Part shown: piece after piece, positions 8,985 to 19,991 of the stretch
Position numbering within the stretch: the first letter of the stretch is position 1
Layout of the letters: each line of letters opens with the position of its first letter
Assembly (NCBI GenBank): GCA_018398765.1
Contig: JAHBMJ010000024.1
Location: 117,577-137,576, forward strand
DNA length: 20,000 nt
Direction: 5' to 3'
From: Chromera velia
Taxonomy: Eukaryota
Position numbers and translations under genes: made by a program
Notes under the pieces: model-generated
Seen by the model: only the letters and a program-made list of their open reading frames with translations
The model's database searches: none
Told to the model about the DNA's origin: nothing

Positions 8985-10519
8985 GTCAGTAGACAGAGAG
9001 CACAGACGGTAGAACTGGGTGGTGGGTCGAGAGTTGGGATCTCTTTGTTGCCTCCTTGTTCCTTTCTCCTTGGTCGTCGTGCATGCTGTTGCCGGCCTGG
9101 CTGGGTCTTGCCTGAATGATTTCCTTTCTCCATCAAGCTGCGTCATCCTCTCATAATATTCTCAATGCATCGGTGCAGCTCACGGTGTTGACCAATCTCG
9201 TCGTGTGGCTCTAGAAGGAGCTCTGCCATTGCATCTTCGGGAATGCAGACCGCGGTGGAGACGGAGACGGCAACCTTGTCGGAGGCGGTCCTGGCATTCC
9301 AAATGCGGTGTTCGGGGAGCAAAACCCCCAAGTGCGGCCACAGCGGCAAGCTGGATCTCAGCAACTTCCCGACTGGCTGGCTAACACGGAGGGTCCCCCT
9401 GGAGGGACCCTAAACATGTGGAAGAAGTTCTGGTCCTTTCTGCTTGCTTCCCTCTGCGTGGCGGCAACTGCCTCATTTGCATGGCAGTATGTGGTCAGCG
9501 TCTCCCATTTTCCTCGCCCTCATTTGCAGTCGTTCTTGCTTTTTCCTTCATGCCTTCTTCTCTCGTTTTCTTCTGTGCATTCCTCCCTGCAGATCTCTCC
9601 AGGCTACCCTGTGGCCTGAAAGTGGGGCCTCACACGAAGCACTCGATCGGCCACTGCCTCATCCGACGCAACAGGTGCACCGTGTGCCTCTACTTTCTGA
9701 ACTCGGAGGGGTTGAAACTCCAGTTCGCGAACAAGTACGATGAAAGAGGCCAATGCCAACTTCGCCCAGGTGACAGACGGCCTGGGAGCATGTGCGGTGT
9801 GGACGCCCCAAGAGGAGCTGGGAAAAATGATCGCTCTGCCCCTTCTCACAAAGACGAGAAAGGGAAAAGATTTGAATCACCACTCCAGAGGCACCGCTCT
9901 TGAAAGTCTGTTCGACGCCGCGTTTTCCACCCGATTTCCAGGAATCGTGAAAGCCGCCTTCGAGGATACAGCAGGGAGCTTGGGAAGTTCCAGCGGGCAG
10001 CTGTCCCAAAGAATGAGACAGATTGCCCAGCTATTTGACGTCGCAACAGACGTCATCAGCGGCGACCCGCATTCTCGGACTTCGGACACCCTTGAGGCTC
10101 TGCTGCAGAGTAGGCTGGACTACACCCTCACTTCATGCAATCACCAAAAAGAGCCTTGCTCACACATCAACCAAGACCATGCAGGAGCTCCCCTCAGATG
10201 GGGATATGCTCACTCCCTCCCCTAGCTGTCCAGAACTGCAGTCGGAACTTGATAGACTTGCGGCTCTCACCCCCCGCAGCGAAGGTACTTCAATCCAATA
10301 ACTTACTTAAAACGTTGTCTCGCCCTTTATTTAGGGTTACAGCGCCATACAATTTAATTTTTTCAAGTTAAATTTATCTTATTGTGCGCAAGTATTTGAA
10401 TTTGAAGGGCGAAGTATAGACCGACGTAAGTTCAGCAGTCGTCCTGCCAAAGTAACGTCAGAGATCAAGAACAAGAACGCAATAGGCCAATTCGGAACGA
10501 AACTTAAAGAGGACACAGT

Positions 10520-10738
10520 GGTGAAGAAGAGATTCGCCGTTATATCGCAGAAGAGCGGTTTTTCCAGCCCCCAATGCCCTACCGAAAGTTTGAACCATAT
10601 GACTCCTTTGGGGAAAACGAGTACGGATCGTTCCACGTCTTTCCTGAGGTGCCGAATAAAGAGACCCCCGACGTGAACAAAGACACACACATGTGCATCT
10701 ATCAGAACGCGGTCCATCTGATCAAGCTCCTTTTTGAG
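10520..10738 (+). pseudogene. Exon-like fragment of an unknown protein
   Basis: EEEIRRYIAEERFFQPPMPYRKFEPYDSFGENEYGSFHVFP...IKLLFE ends at GAG|gtcagt (10739), followed by a microsatellite-bearing candidate intron. An in-frame TAA lies just upstream. Confidence 0.35.
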
Positions 10739-10767
10739 GTCAGTAGTCTTTCTGCTTGCAAGAAGGG

Positions 10768-10813
10768 CCATCCATCCATCCATTCATCCATGCAATTCAT
10801 CCATCCATTCATC
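10768..10813. repeat. Imperfect (CCAT)n microsatellite
   Basis: ccatccatccatccattcatccatgcaattcatccatccattcatc. Confidence 0.85.
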
Positions 10814-11122
10814 TGCTTTCACAAAGAACAGGATCGTCTTAATGTGGAAGCAATTGTCAGAGCTCTCGAGATTGCAAACATCGAGAGAGTGGGGTGTGCT
10901 GCAAGAACATGGACTGCACCCCCCCCTCCAGGGTTTGTCGGTACCCTGCAAATCTTCCAGTGTGTCGAGCGCACTTGGACATTGCGCACATGCAATGTGC
11001 TTCCCACGGCACATGGCGGCGGCGGCAGCCGCCACAGCTGAGAACGGACAAGGTACGAATCCTCTTGGGTGTGCCCACTTGTGCCTCCCTCACAACTGCC
11101 CTCCGACCCCTCCCCCCCCCCC

Positions 11123-11451
11123 NNNNNNNNNNNNNNNNNNNNNNNNNNNNNNNNNNNNNNNNNNNNNNNNNNNNNNNNNNNNNNNNNNNNNNNNNNNNNN
11201 NNNNNNNNNNNNNNNNNNNNNNNNNNNNNNNNNNNNNNNNNNNNNNNNNNNNNNNNNNNNNNNNNNNNNNNNNNNNNNNNNNNNNNNNNNNNNNNNNNNN
11301 NNNNNNNNNNNNNNNNNNNNNNNNNNNNNNNNNNNNNNNNNNNNNNNNNNNNNNNNNNNNNNNNNNNNNNNNNNNNNNNNNNNNNNNNNNNNNNNNNNNN
11401 NNNNNNNNNNNNNNNNNNNNNNNNNNNNNNNNNNNNNNNNNNNNNNNNNNN
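11123..11451. other. Assembly gap (329 N) flanked by poly-C tracts
   Basis: Run of N with C homopolymers on both sides. Confidence 0.99.
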
Positions 11452-12394
11452 NCCCCCCCCCCCCCCCCTCTCTCTCTCCCTCTCTCTATCTCTCCCCTGC
11501 CTCACGCCCCCGCTCACGATACACCCTCTCTGCATGCTTTCAGGCCCTTCAGATCTTGCGCAGGCTATATCAGTTGTCCCGTTAGTTCAGTTGTCCGCAG
11601 CTGTCCTTCGGATCCCTCCCGCCGTGCGGGAAGGACGACGCAGTCCAGTTCAAGCAAGAAAGCATGCCTCGTGATTCAGAATCCACGGGAATTCCGTTAA
11701 TCGGTTATCGGCAAGAACCTCAAGCATAAGAGCATCACGAAACACGCATCAGGAGATGAGCACCAAGAAAGATTGAAACAACAGAAACAAATGATTGACT
11801 TGAGAAACGGACTCAGAAGGGAAGATCAGAGGAATGGAAAACGAAACCTGAGAAGATCACGTACCGTGGAGAGACAGGCGGGCCGGCAGGAAGCACAATT
11901 TGGGACTGTCTACAGATTGCTTCCTCTCCCTACCAGTTGCACATTCCCATCGTCCAACCCAACTTCCTCTTCCAGTCGCCAAACGGCGACCTCCGTGCGA
12001 AAAGGTTGGAAGTGCAGAAACGGATATGTGCGAGCATCAACAGGGTGTTCAATGGTCCGAAAGTTGCCCCAAACAAAACGGATCTCGTGCTGCCCCTCTA
12101 TACCTGACCGACATCAGCGCCGAGCACTTGTTCCACGCGTTGCACAATGCCGGGCTGCGCAAGGAGTAAAGAGTTCAAAGACTCACACCAAAAGAGTTCT
12201 GCTCGCTTGAGAAGTTCCCAGTGCAGCCCCCTCTGACCATACGGCAGCACAAGTGGAAGCATGCCACGAAACATTGCGATGCTGCTGAAGGCTTAAAAAA
12301 TTTCTGTCGTTGCTGCGATCAGTGCCAAAGGGAGGACAAGGATGATGAATTACAATGCAAAGATTGAATCGGGAAGGTATATATGACAAATTCA

Positions 12395-12449
12395 GAATCC
12401 TGAAGGTGTCGCGACGAAACTGGACCTGTTCCATTTCTTGAAACGGCTG
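12395..12449 (+). repeat. 55-bp near-identical copy of transposase segment 13005-13059
   Basis: Four mismatches in 55 bp at offset 610. Encodes NPEGVATKLDLFHFLKRL versus NPEGVATKLDLLHFVRRM. Confidence 0.95.
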
Positions 12450-12828
12450 CTGCTGTAGTGTGGGAGAATCCTCCCTCTTGACCAGATACTGCAGACGGTC
12501 CAACAGAACACAGACTGTTTGAAATCCCATATAAGCGCCCACCATGAAGTGGCAGTCCATAGCATCCAGCTGCATGATGCCCAGCTGGCTGTGTTTGCAC
12601 ACACCGCCACTTTACAGTCGAGAGGACTGGAGCACTTCTTGGGAGAAGGACTCTTCGAAGAAGTCTTCGAAGAGAGGCAGTTCTTTGAGCTCAAGCAGAT
12701 CTTTACTAGCCACCGTAGTTGAGGTGCTTGCAGATTCGGATCCGTTTGCCTTGGCCCACGGCCCCTCTGCAGGCTCTGCTTCGAGTGGGGTTTTGTCGGT
12801 GAAGTCCCTTCAACAGGCAGCAAGAGCT

Positions 12829-14006
12829 GTGTTCACGGCTCTTGGGAAGGGCAGACCTCCATGTACGCAAAATTGTCGGATTTTTTGAAATTCAGGTATG
12901 ATGCCTCTCCCGAGCACAGAGACAAGCTCCCCCTGCATGGTCATGTACATGGACAAGAACTGCTGCCAGGCGTCCAATGAGCGAAAAGAGCTCCTGCGGA
13001 TCCTGAATCCTGAAGGTGTCGCGACGAAACTGGACCTGCTCCATTTCGTGAGACGGATGGAACCGCTCTTTAGCCACAAAGTGCATCCGTACATTCCGTG
13101 GTTCATGAGGGAGCCGTCGAACATTCTGACATGGTGGGAACCTCGTCAACTGCAAAAGCTTCGCGACGCTGTGAAGGCGAATCATGCATCAGAAGTACCT
13201 GGCGTGGATGACACCAGGGCCGACGAATGCATCCACAACTTCTACAGGCCCGACAAGAGACTGTACGTGATAAAAGGCATTGCCCTTTGGCCCGAGGTAC
13301 GCCACGCTGCGTTTGCTTGGGGTTGGTCTTCGTGGCAGTGTTGTTGTCTGTGCGTGTTCTCAGGCGTTCTCGTGTTACTGTGTCATTCATTCATCTGCAG
13401 TCAGCATCCACTCGTCTATTCACAGAATACATAGAAAAGCTCATTTGAAAGGAGTCTTGTTCGGGGTCTGACCTGTAACTTCGCCGCTTCAGTAGCACGT
13501 ATGTCATGTGGCCTTTGTCATTTTATTTTCTGTTGCGTTTTCTTCACTGCATGCAGGAGACGGCGCAACGACTCGGGGCCCACATCGAACTTGGGATGTC
13601 CCACGACGCCGAGTATGTTGGCATGCGACCTCTCATAGCGACCACCCAGGCGAACCTTAACGCGAAAGAGGAACTGATCAAGCACCTGCGGCACGGGTGC
13701 CTTACCGGCCCATACATTGAAAAGTAGATGGGGGGTTAGGGTCTCAAGGATGTGCTTCTCTATGAGGACTTGCATGGAAGAGGTGGAGTGGCGCCAGACC
13801 GGAAAACGCCTCTTCCGGTAGTCTCGGGAAGAGGTTCACCTCCCAAACGGATCCAGTGTTATTCGTCTTTTCGACGAGTGGAGCTTGAGACAGCTGAGCT
13901 TGCTGTTGCCAAGCATGCAAAGAAAGGAGACAGCCGTTATCTCCGCATGCTTCTGAGCCTCGGGGTCAACCACCTGAGTTTGCGGGAGTTTATTATTTCA
14001 GTCTGA
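12829..14006 (+). mobile_element. Degenerate DDE transposase (DxxH type, Mutator-related; resembles DUF6729-associated transposase-like proteins) with one intron
   Basis: Ordered motifs RY...MYMDKNCC, KLDLLHFVRR, HPYIPWFMRE, WPE|ETAQRL, HLRHGCLT, VLLYE and LPVVSGRGS match the family pattern as I recall it (YxDxxCC...LDxxHFMRR...RGS). Phase-0 GT-AG intron at 13297-13556. Disablements are a +1 frameshift in the C-run at 12929-12933 and TAG stops at 13725 and 13737. Confidence 0.7.
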
Positions 14007-14582
14007 CGTGAAGACCCTTGCAAAACGCCTGAAGACAAAGCCACCCTTTATCATGACAATCCTGCGTTCTCGAGAGCAGTAGGTCTGCTTGGACCTGTGC
14101 AAACACGCCGCAGTCACAAACATGCCGACAAACATGCCGCAGCGCACAGTCACGTACCAGCCCAAAACACGGTCTGGAGTGATTCCTCAACAGGCTCCAC
14201 TCGTCACCGGCCATCTCCCTGAGCGTGTTGTCACCATGCAGTCACCGCACGCGAAAACCCCGCAGCCGGGTGTAACCCGAGCGGACCCCCGACTACTCCC
14301 AGCTCTCATGGATTCACAAGGTGTATTGACGTCCCGCCCGCTGAAGCTACCAGAGAGTCTTTTTCAGGAGAGCGCTCGTCCAGCACCCCCCCCCCCCCCC
14401 CCNCCCCCCCCCCCTCCTGGACCCCCTCCCACTTCCAACACTTCCCACAACACCACCTCATCTGCCTTATCGTCCTCAACAGCACACGCTTCCGCTTCCG
14501 CTTCTACATCAAATTTGGTGCTCCGACGGGCCACGCCCATCACAATGATACCCCGAGCACCAGACCGTCCGAATCGAGTTCG

Positions 14583-15680
14583 ACTGTTGTCCTCAAGCCA
14601 GCCCTCCCTGAGGTCGTACCTCCAGGACCCTCAGGAACCCCGCAGCTGTTCCATGGTCAAACGGAAGGTCTGCCTCTCACCTCAAGAGAAAGACCTCCCA
14701 CCTCGACATCCTCGGACGCAGCTGCAGGCACTCGAGACCAAAAGAGACGGAAAGGATCGTTGCACCAGGGACGCCCTGTGAGGCTGTCACTACAAAGAGT
14801 AACGGAGTTACGCATCATGATCGATGTGACAGCGGTCATGGCTGCCATCTTCCCGATCTCGAGAGACCCGGTCACATACCCGGTCGTGCGCACCCCACAG
14901 GCTCCCATCTTAGACTATCCTCCGTTCAGTACGTGGGCCACTCTCGATAACCCAAGACAGGCTCGCAACAATGAGCCTGTCGAGGTGATTTCCGAAGATG
15001 CACACGAGTCTTCCGCAAAGAGGCCTCTCAGAACCCCCCAGCGCTACGAGCTTCAGACAACAAATCCGGAGCAGATTCGGAAACGGTCCCGGCAGGGCAA
15101 TGGACTGGTGCCTTACGCAAGAAGGGGTATGGGAATCGAGCACCAATCAAAGTGATTCCGATCCTCGTTACTGTTTGAGGCACAACCTTGAACAGTGGAC
15201 GTGATTCAGCACAAGAAAATTTTAGAGTGTGGGGTGAGTCTCGTAGCCTGCGCAAAGGTGAATGGCGGGGCAGCCCTCGAATGGAGCAAAGCTGCCCTTG
15301 AAGGTTCAAGCATCTACCATGCACTACGCGCGAGCAAAGGACGACAGATATCTAGGGCCAGGAATCCCTTGGGAAGCGTTAAAGAAACTGTGTGACTTAA
15401 ACCCCCAATTTGCGCCCCCCTGAGACTGCATGCCCGGAAGACCTGGCCAGGACGCGAAAGGGTTTTGTCCCTCCATGCAGGCTCAGTGATCTTTTGGAAT
15501 TTAGACTACGACGAGGCCCAAGCCATGCAAAGGAATGATCGTCTTTCCTGGTCCACTGCTGCAGGATGGGAGAACAACAGCAGCAATGACCCTCCCCAAT
15601 TCTTTCCGTCTGGAGAATGTACGTGTGTACTGCCCAATCAAAGAAGCAATGGAAAGGGGGAATCTGGTAATGCATGGTCA
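14583..15680 (+). pseudogene. Putative highly divergent RNAP beta mid-region homologue (about E. coli RpoB 500-870) in one frame with three TGA stops
   Basis: Collinear anchors: KP...FHGQTEGLPLT ~ KP...FMDQxNPLSEIT; HQGR ~ HYGR; MIDVTAVMA ~ LINSLSVYA; RQ...GMGIE ~ RQ...GTGME; GSSIYH...PLGSVKETV ~ GIDIYN...PCVSLGEPV; gapless spacing to G and DR; ECTCVLPN ~ EITADIPN; ESG ~ ESG. ORFs 14760, 15195 and 15465 share one frame. Confidence 0.5.
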
Positions 15681-15800
15681 CCAGGGGGGGGTTCGAAAGG
15701 GGTGGAGCCCGACTCTGAGTCGAACTCCAACTCCGAGTATGATTCAGACGATTTGGACGATAAGAATGAAGGAAAAAGGGTGCTGAAAAAGCTGATTGAA

Positions 15801-16112
15801 CTCCGCAATGGAGGTCGAATCACCCAACCTTGTTTTGACCCTTTCATTCGACCTAGTCTGTTGATGCAGCTAAAAGGTTGACAGCACGTGCCCCGCGATG
15901 GAGGTCGAGTCAACCAGTCTGACAGTGTTTGAGCGTGAGAAATGTCTTCAAGCAGGATGGCATGTCACTGACACGATGAAAGAAAGCATGACCCTCTGAC
16001 GGTGTCTATGTCTCGTTCCCTTTCCCTTTCCGTTTTGCTTTCATCTCTTGATTCGACCGCTGATGCTGGGACGTTCACCAAGCTCCGCGATGGAGGTTGG
16101 TTCAACCAGTCC
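15801..16112 (+). repeat. Three 30-bp degenerate direct repeats
   Basis: ctccgcaatggaggtcgaatcacccaacct (15801-15830), ccccgcgatggaggtcgagtcaaccagtct (15891-15920), ctccgcgatggaggttggttcaaccagtcc (16083-16112). Confidence 0.85.
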
Positions 16113-17022
16113 AAGAAAAGGATGCATGATTCATGCAAGAAAGTGCAATTTTGACTTCTGTGCCTCTTTCTGAAGTTTTTGTTGTTCGAGAAGATTGACC
16201 GGTCTGAAGAAGCATGGCATGCACATTGTGAAAGAGGGCGACTACACAAGCGTGTGTTTGCGTTCATCCCAGAAGCTCTCATAAGTCTGGTCGACGGACA
16301 ACGTCCTGTCACGAGAATTGTTGCACACATTCTGGTGGACTTAGAGGACATCACGGTCGACGACATCAAGAATTTGGATTCACAGGGATGCCTCAGAATC
16401 AGTGGCAAGTAAGTGTGGGAATGAATCCTTTCTCTCCACCATGCATCTATCTCGCCTCTTCCTTGACTCCACCCGTCTCTACCATGGTCATGAATTCTTT
16501 GTCATTGTTCCTTATCTCTAATGCAGGTACTCTCTCTCCATCCCGGAGAAAGACGAGGATACGCTGATGCGAGGCGCTCGTTGGGGCTTTCTCAATGACT
16601 TGAACGAAGTCCAGAAGGCCAAGGACACAGACTTCCTGAAGAAGGAGAAGAAAAGGAAGAGGTCGGAGGAGGAGGAGATGAACGGGCGTCATCTTGACCT
16701 CGCCGAAGGAGCTTTCCTACACGTTTGGCGTGTCGGTCTGCGGGGCATTGTGTTTTCTGCTACGGACCGGTTCTAAAGTCAGTCGAGTCCGAGACTTTCA
16801 TATGGATTGAATGTCTTTTCAACATTTATTTGAAGCTCCTACAACGACTTCGTTATTGGACCTCTTCCCGCCGCGCCGGGAGGCCCTCCGTGCGGCCTCC
16901 CCCCCGTCCGTCCTCCCGCGCGCGGGCGCGGGGCGGTGAATCGGGGGACACATTTCACTTACACTCTTGTGGACTTTTTTTTCATGTTTCTTGTTTCTGT
17001 CTCTCTTTTCTGCTTTTTGCAG

Positions 17023-17355
17023 ATGCTGGCTGATGACACCCACTTTGTGCCTCGGCTCTCGTGAAGATCTGCCAGCGACAACATCAAGCAGAAGATGTCC
17101 ACCTACGGAGACTTCGTCTGCCCCATTGAGGGCGGCCCCAACGTACGCATGAACATCCACAAGGTGGGCACCTTCGACGGCTTGGCTGTCGTTTGGTGTG
17201 CGGGCGTCCTCACAGATCAGTTGAACGAGCGCGGCTTTGTAGTTTCGGAAGTTTGCGCCGGTTTCTCTCCTGTTCCTTATGAAAACCTCGAGGCAACCAT
17301 GAACACGATGCGACTCGCGTCCGTCAACGATCACGGGAAACGTGCCACTGCTTGA
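17023..17355 (+). pseudogene. Exon-like fragment of an unknown protein with an in-frame TGA
   Basis: Long pyrimidine tract and acceptor tttttgcag (17022), then GC3-rich MLADDTHFVPRLS*RSASDNIKQKMSTYGDFVCPIEGGPNVRMNIHKVG... Confidence 0.4.
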
Positions 17356-17381
17356 GCTCCTCGGAGTTCCGAATCTGGTGC

Positions 17382-17518
17382 AGCATGGCATGTACATTGT
17401 GAGAGAGGGCGACTATACAAGCGTGTGTTTGCGTTCACCCCAGAAGCTCTCATAAATCTGGTCGACGGACACAGGGGTCATCTTGACCTCGCCGAAGGAA
17501 CTTTCGTACACCTTTGGC
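17382..17518 (+). repeat. Internally deleted duplicate of 16211-16729
   Basis: 17382-17471 closely matches 16211-16300, and 17477-17518 closely matches 16688-16729. Confidence 0.92.
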
Positions 17519-19823
17519 AGGACCCGGGGGTCTGCATGGTTATGCGAGAATACGGTACCCGAGTCAGCACCAATCAACTGTGCAAATGGAAGATTGCCGG
17601 CTATGTGTGGGTTGAAGTCGTTCGTCTATGAATTGCGACAGATCCCCCCCACCCTCCTCTGATCGGTTCACACCGCTCCTCCTCTCCTGCAGCAGTTTTC
17701 CTTCACACTACGTACATCAGCTATTCGGACCTCGACAGGGCCGAGGCGCTCCCTCCTACAACAATGGGAGTGGGAGGAAATTGATCACATAAACCAGCGG
17801 ATGCAGCAGCGACAACACGTCGACTTCCTGGATGTCGTTGACCGCTTTATCCCTCCAAGGTTCAAGCCTCTGCGAGGGGATAGATTTTGCTACAGCGTCT
17901 TTTTGAAGAATGAAGTGCCACATCCGCCTCCGGATTTCGTGCATTGAATGAGGTTCTCAGACCTCCTCTGATCCGTGCTTTAATTGGTTTGGACGTGGAC
18001 TCGCAGATGGCTTCAACGCGCCCCCACAGACTGAAGGACCTGATGACACCCCCCCCTATACCCCGACCACTTTTGCCTATGCCCTCCTCTGATTTGTTCT
18101 TTTCCATCTTGCGGTAGAGGCACTCCTCACACCTGCAGGAGGACTTGAGTGGGAACTGTTTTGAAGGCATAGCTGCATTAATGATCGGTGAGGCTCTGGG
18201 GGGGTGGCGGTTGTCGGGAGTAAGAACGTTGAACCTTGTACGATCTGCAGGAACAACGACGACACATACTTATGCTCGAGGCTCATGCTCTCTCATGCAT
18301 CATCATCACCAGACAGAAGGGAATCCTCCTTCTTTCTTCTTTTCCATTCGTGCAAGGGGACGAAAAGCGGGTTCGTTGGCTGCTGTCCCTGCGACGGGCC
18401 GGGATGCATGGGGAGGGAGGGAGATGAAGAGACAGGGCGAGAGAGAGAAATGGAGAGGGAGAGACACAGATCGTTCGACAGACTGCGACACCATATTATG
18501 GCATGACCATGCATGACTTGCATTCGGTCCTCTGCACGTGCCTCTGATCATTCAAGAAAGAGAAGAGTGGGAAGGCCGACGACTCCTCGGATGGAGTCTC
18601 AAACGACCACACAGGGAAGGAGAGGGAGAGGGGCTGGCATCGCAGTGATGAATGTAGAAGGCAGTTGTGGTCGATTGGACATGGCGCGGGGGGATCCTGC
18701 CGGTTCAGCGGCCTCCTCGACAAAACTGGATCATAGTGGAAGTAGACGCTGAGAGGAATGACGACGAGGGAATCGAGTGGAAAGGCTGGAGTATCCTTTT
18801 GGGATCACCGCCCATGCACCTCTTGATAAATTGGAGACAGCTCGATCCCATGTCCACTTTCTCTTCGCAAGTATCAAGAAGATCAAGACGAGCATCAGCG
18901 AGTGGAAGCAACCCCACTTCGACGTCTATATACCTGCCCTGTCTACTTCTCCCCTGAAGCTGATTGTGGCGTTTGCTTGGGATGCTACCGCTTCGCCCGT
19001 GGTGAGGGGGACAGGGAAGGGTGAATGGAACGACTTTGGTGGCGGGCCCACTTGAACTCTGTGAAGCAGGGCTTCGGTGCACTTGGGTCGGTGGGAAGGA
19101 AGAAGGAGTTCGAAACGGAAAGGGTGCTCAACAGCAGTCGCAGAAGATCCCTCGCGTTTTCGCGAAATTGCTGTGTCTGCAGGACCTGCTGTTTTCACCC
19201 GTCTGGTCAGACACCAGACGGACTTTCATCCGCTGATCAGTTCATCGAGTTCAAACAGAGATCCGCTTGATAAACGCACGGAAGGGATGATCCGAAGCCT
19301 GTATGTACATTCAGACTGGACTCGAAACAGGTAACAAGGGATGAGATTTCACGTACGTGCACCACGACTTTTCTTGAAGTACTGCACAAATGAAATCTGG
19401 TGATGCGTTGGTGATTGGCCCTTGAGGAGCCGAATTTCATGACGACCCAGACATGTCAGGAGACGTGTCAGGAGGCATGCAGGCAAGAAGCTGAGTGCAT
19501 GAGACCTCCAAGGGAGGGGACTGCATGCTGGTGTGGAGAGAAGATCCTGGCCTCTGTTGCTGACGCGATGCAGCGACCGCAACGTCGCCTGCCTGTGCAG
19601 GCAACCCATGCACTCAGTCATGAGGTCACAGACATAGGATCTATGTCTGCCGCTCTGCATGCCGTCAGTCACAGTGACCACACTGTTTTCAACTGTCTGA
19701 ATGATCAATTCTGTCCCTCCACCTATATGGTACTCTTACTCGTTACCAAGGCCACGGTTCGCCCTGCATGATCATACATCTCCCAAAAGCATCCTGTTTG
19801 GTCTTTCTGTCTCGTCTCTGCAG

Positions 19824-19991
19824 GGTGTGCAGGTGTCCCGTGCATGGTCTGGGCAACATGTCCTTCGAGAAGATGTGGGGCAAGCACCTGCTGACCGTGA
19901 AGAACATTAGGAACATTCTCTTGATGCTCTGGTATTGGGATCCCCAAAGGGAGAGCACGAAAGTGTATCGGTCCCTGAGAGACATCGGAGG
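19824..19991 (+). CDS. Probable internal exon of an unknown protein
   Basis: Acceptor ctcgtctctgcag (19823), open frame VCRCPVHGLGNMSFEKMWGKHLL...LRDIG, donor gtaatt (19992). Confidence 0.45.

Noticed and set aside
8448..9146. 232-aa minus-strand ORF
   Set aside because: Antisense shadow of the GC3-rich plus-strand exon.
10734..11700. Long ORFs spanning the N run
   Set aside because: Artefacts of the assembly gap.
15780..15812. VLKKLIELRNG resembling RpoB VMKKLIDIRNG
   Set aside because: Only 11 aa, out of order relative to the adjacent beta fragment, and overlapping a local 30-bp repeat.
17200..17330. Kinesin motor C-terminal resemblance (SPVPYENLEATMNTMRLAS)
   Set aside because: No P-loop, switch or HIPYR motifs; too short.
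18600..19300. LINE apurinic endonuclease-like hints (GAGIAV, VYIP, GEWN)
   Set aside because: No GDFN or SDH motifs, multiple stops and no linked non-LTR RT.
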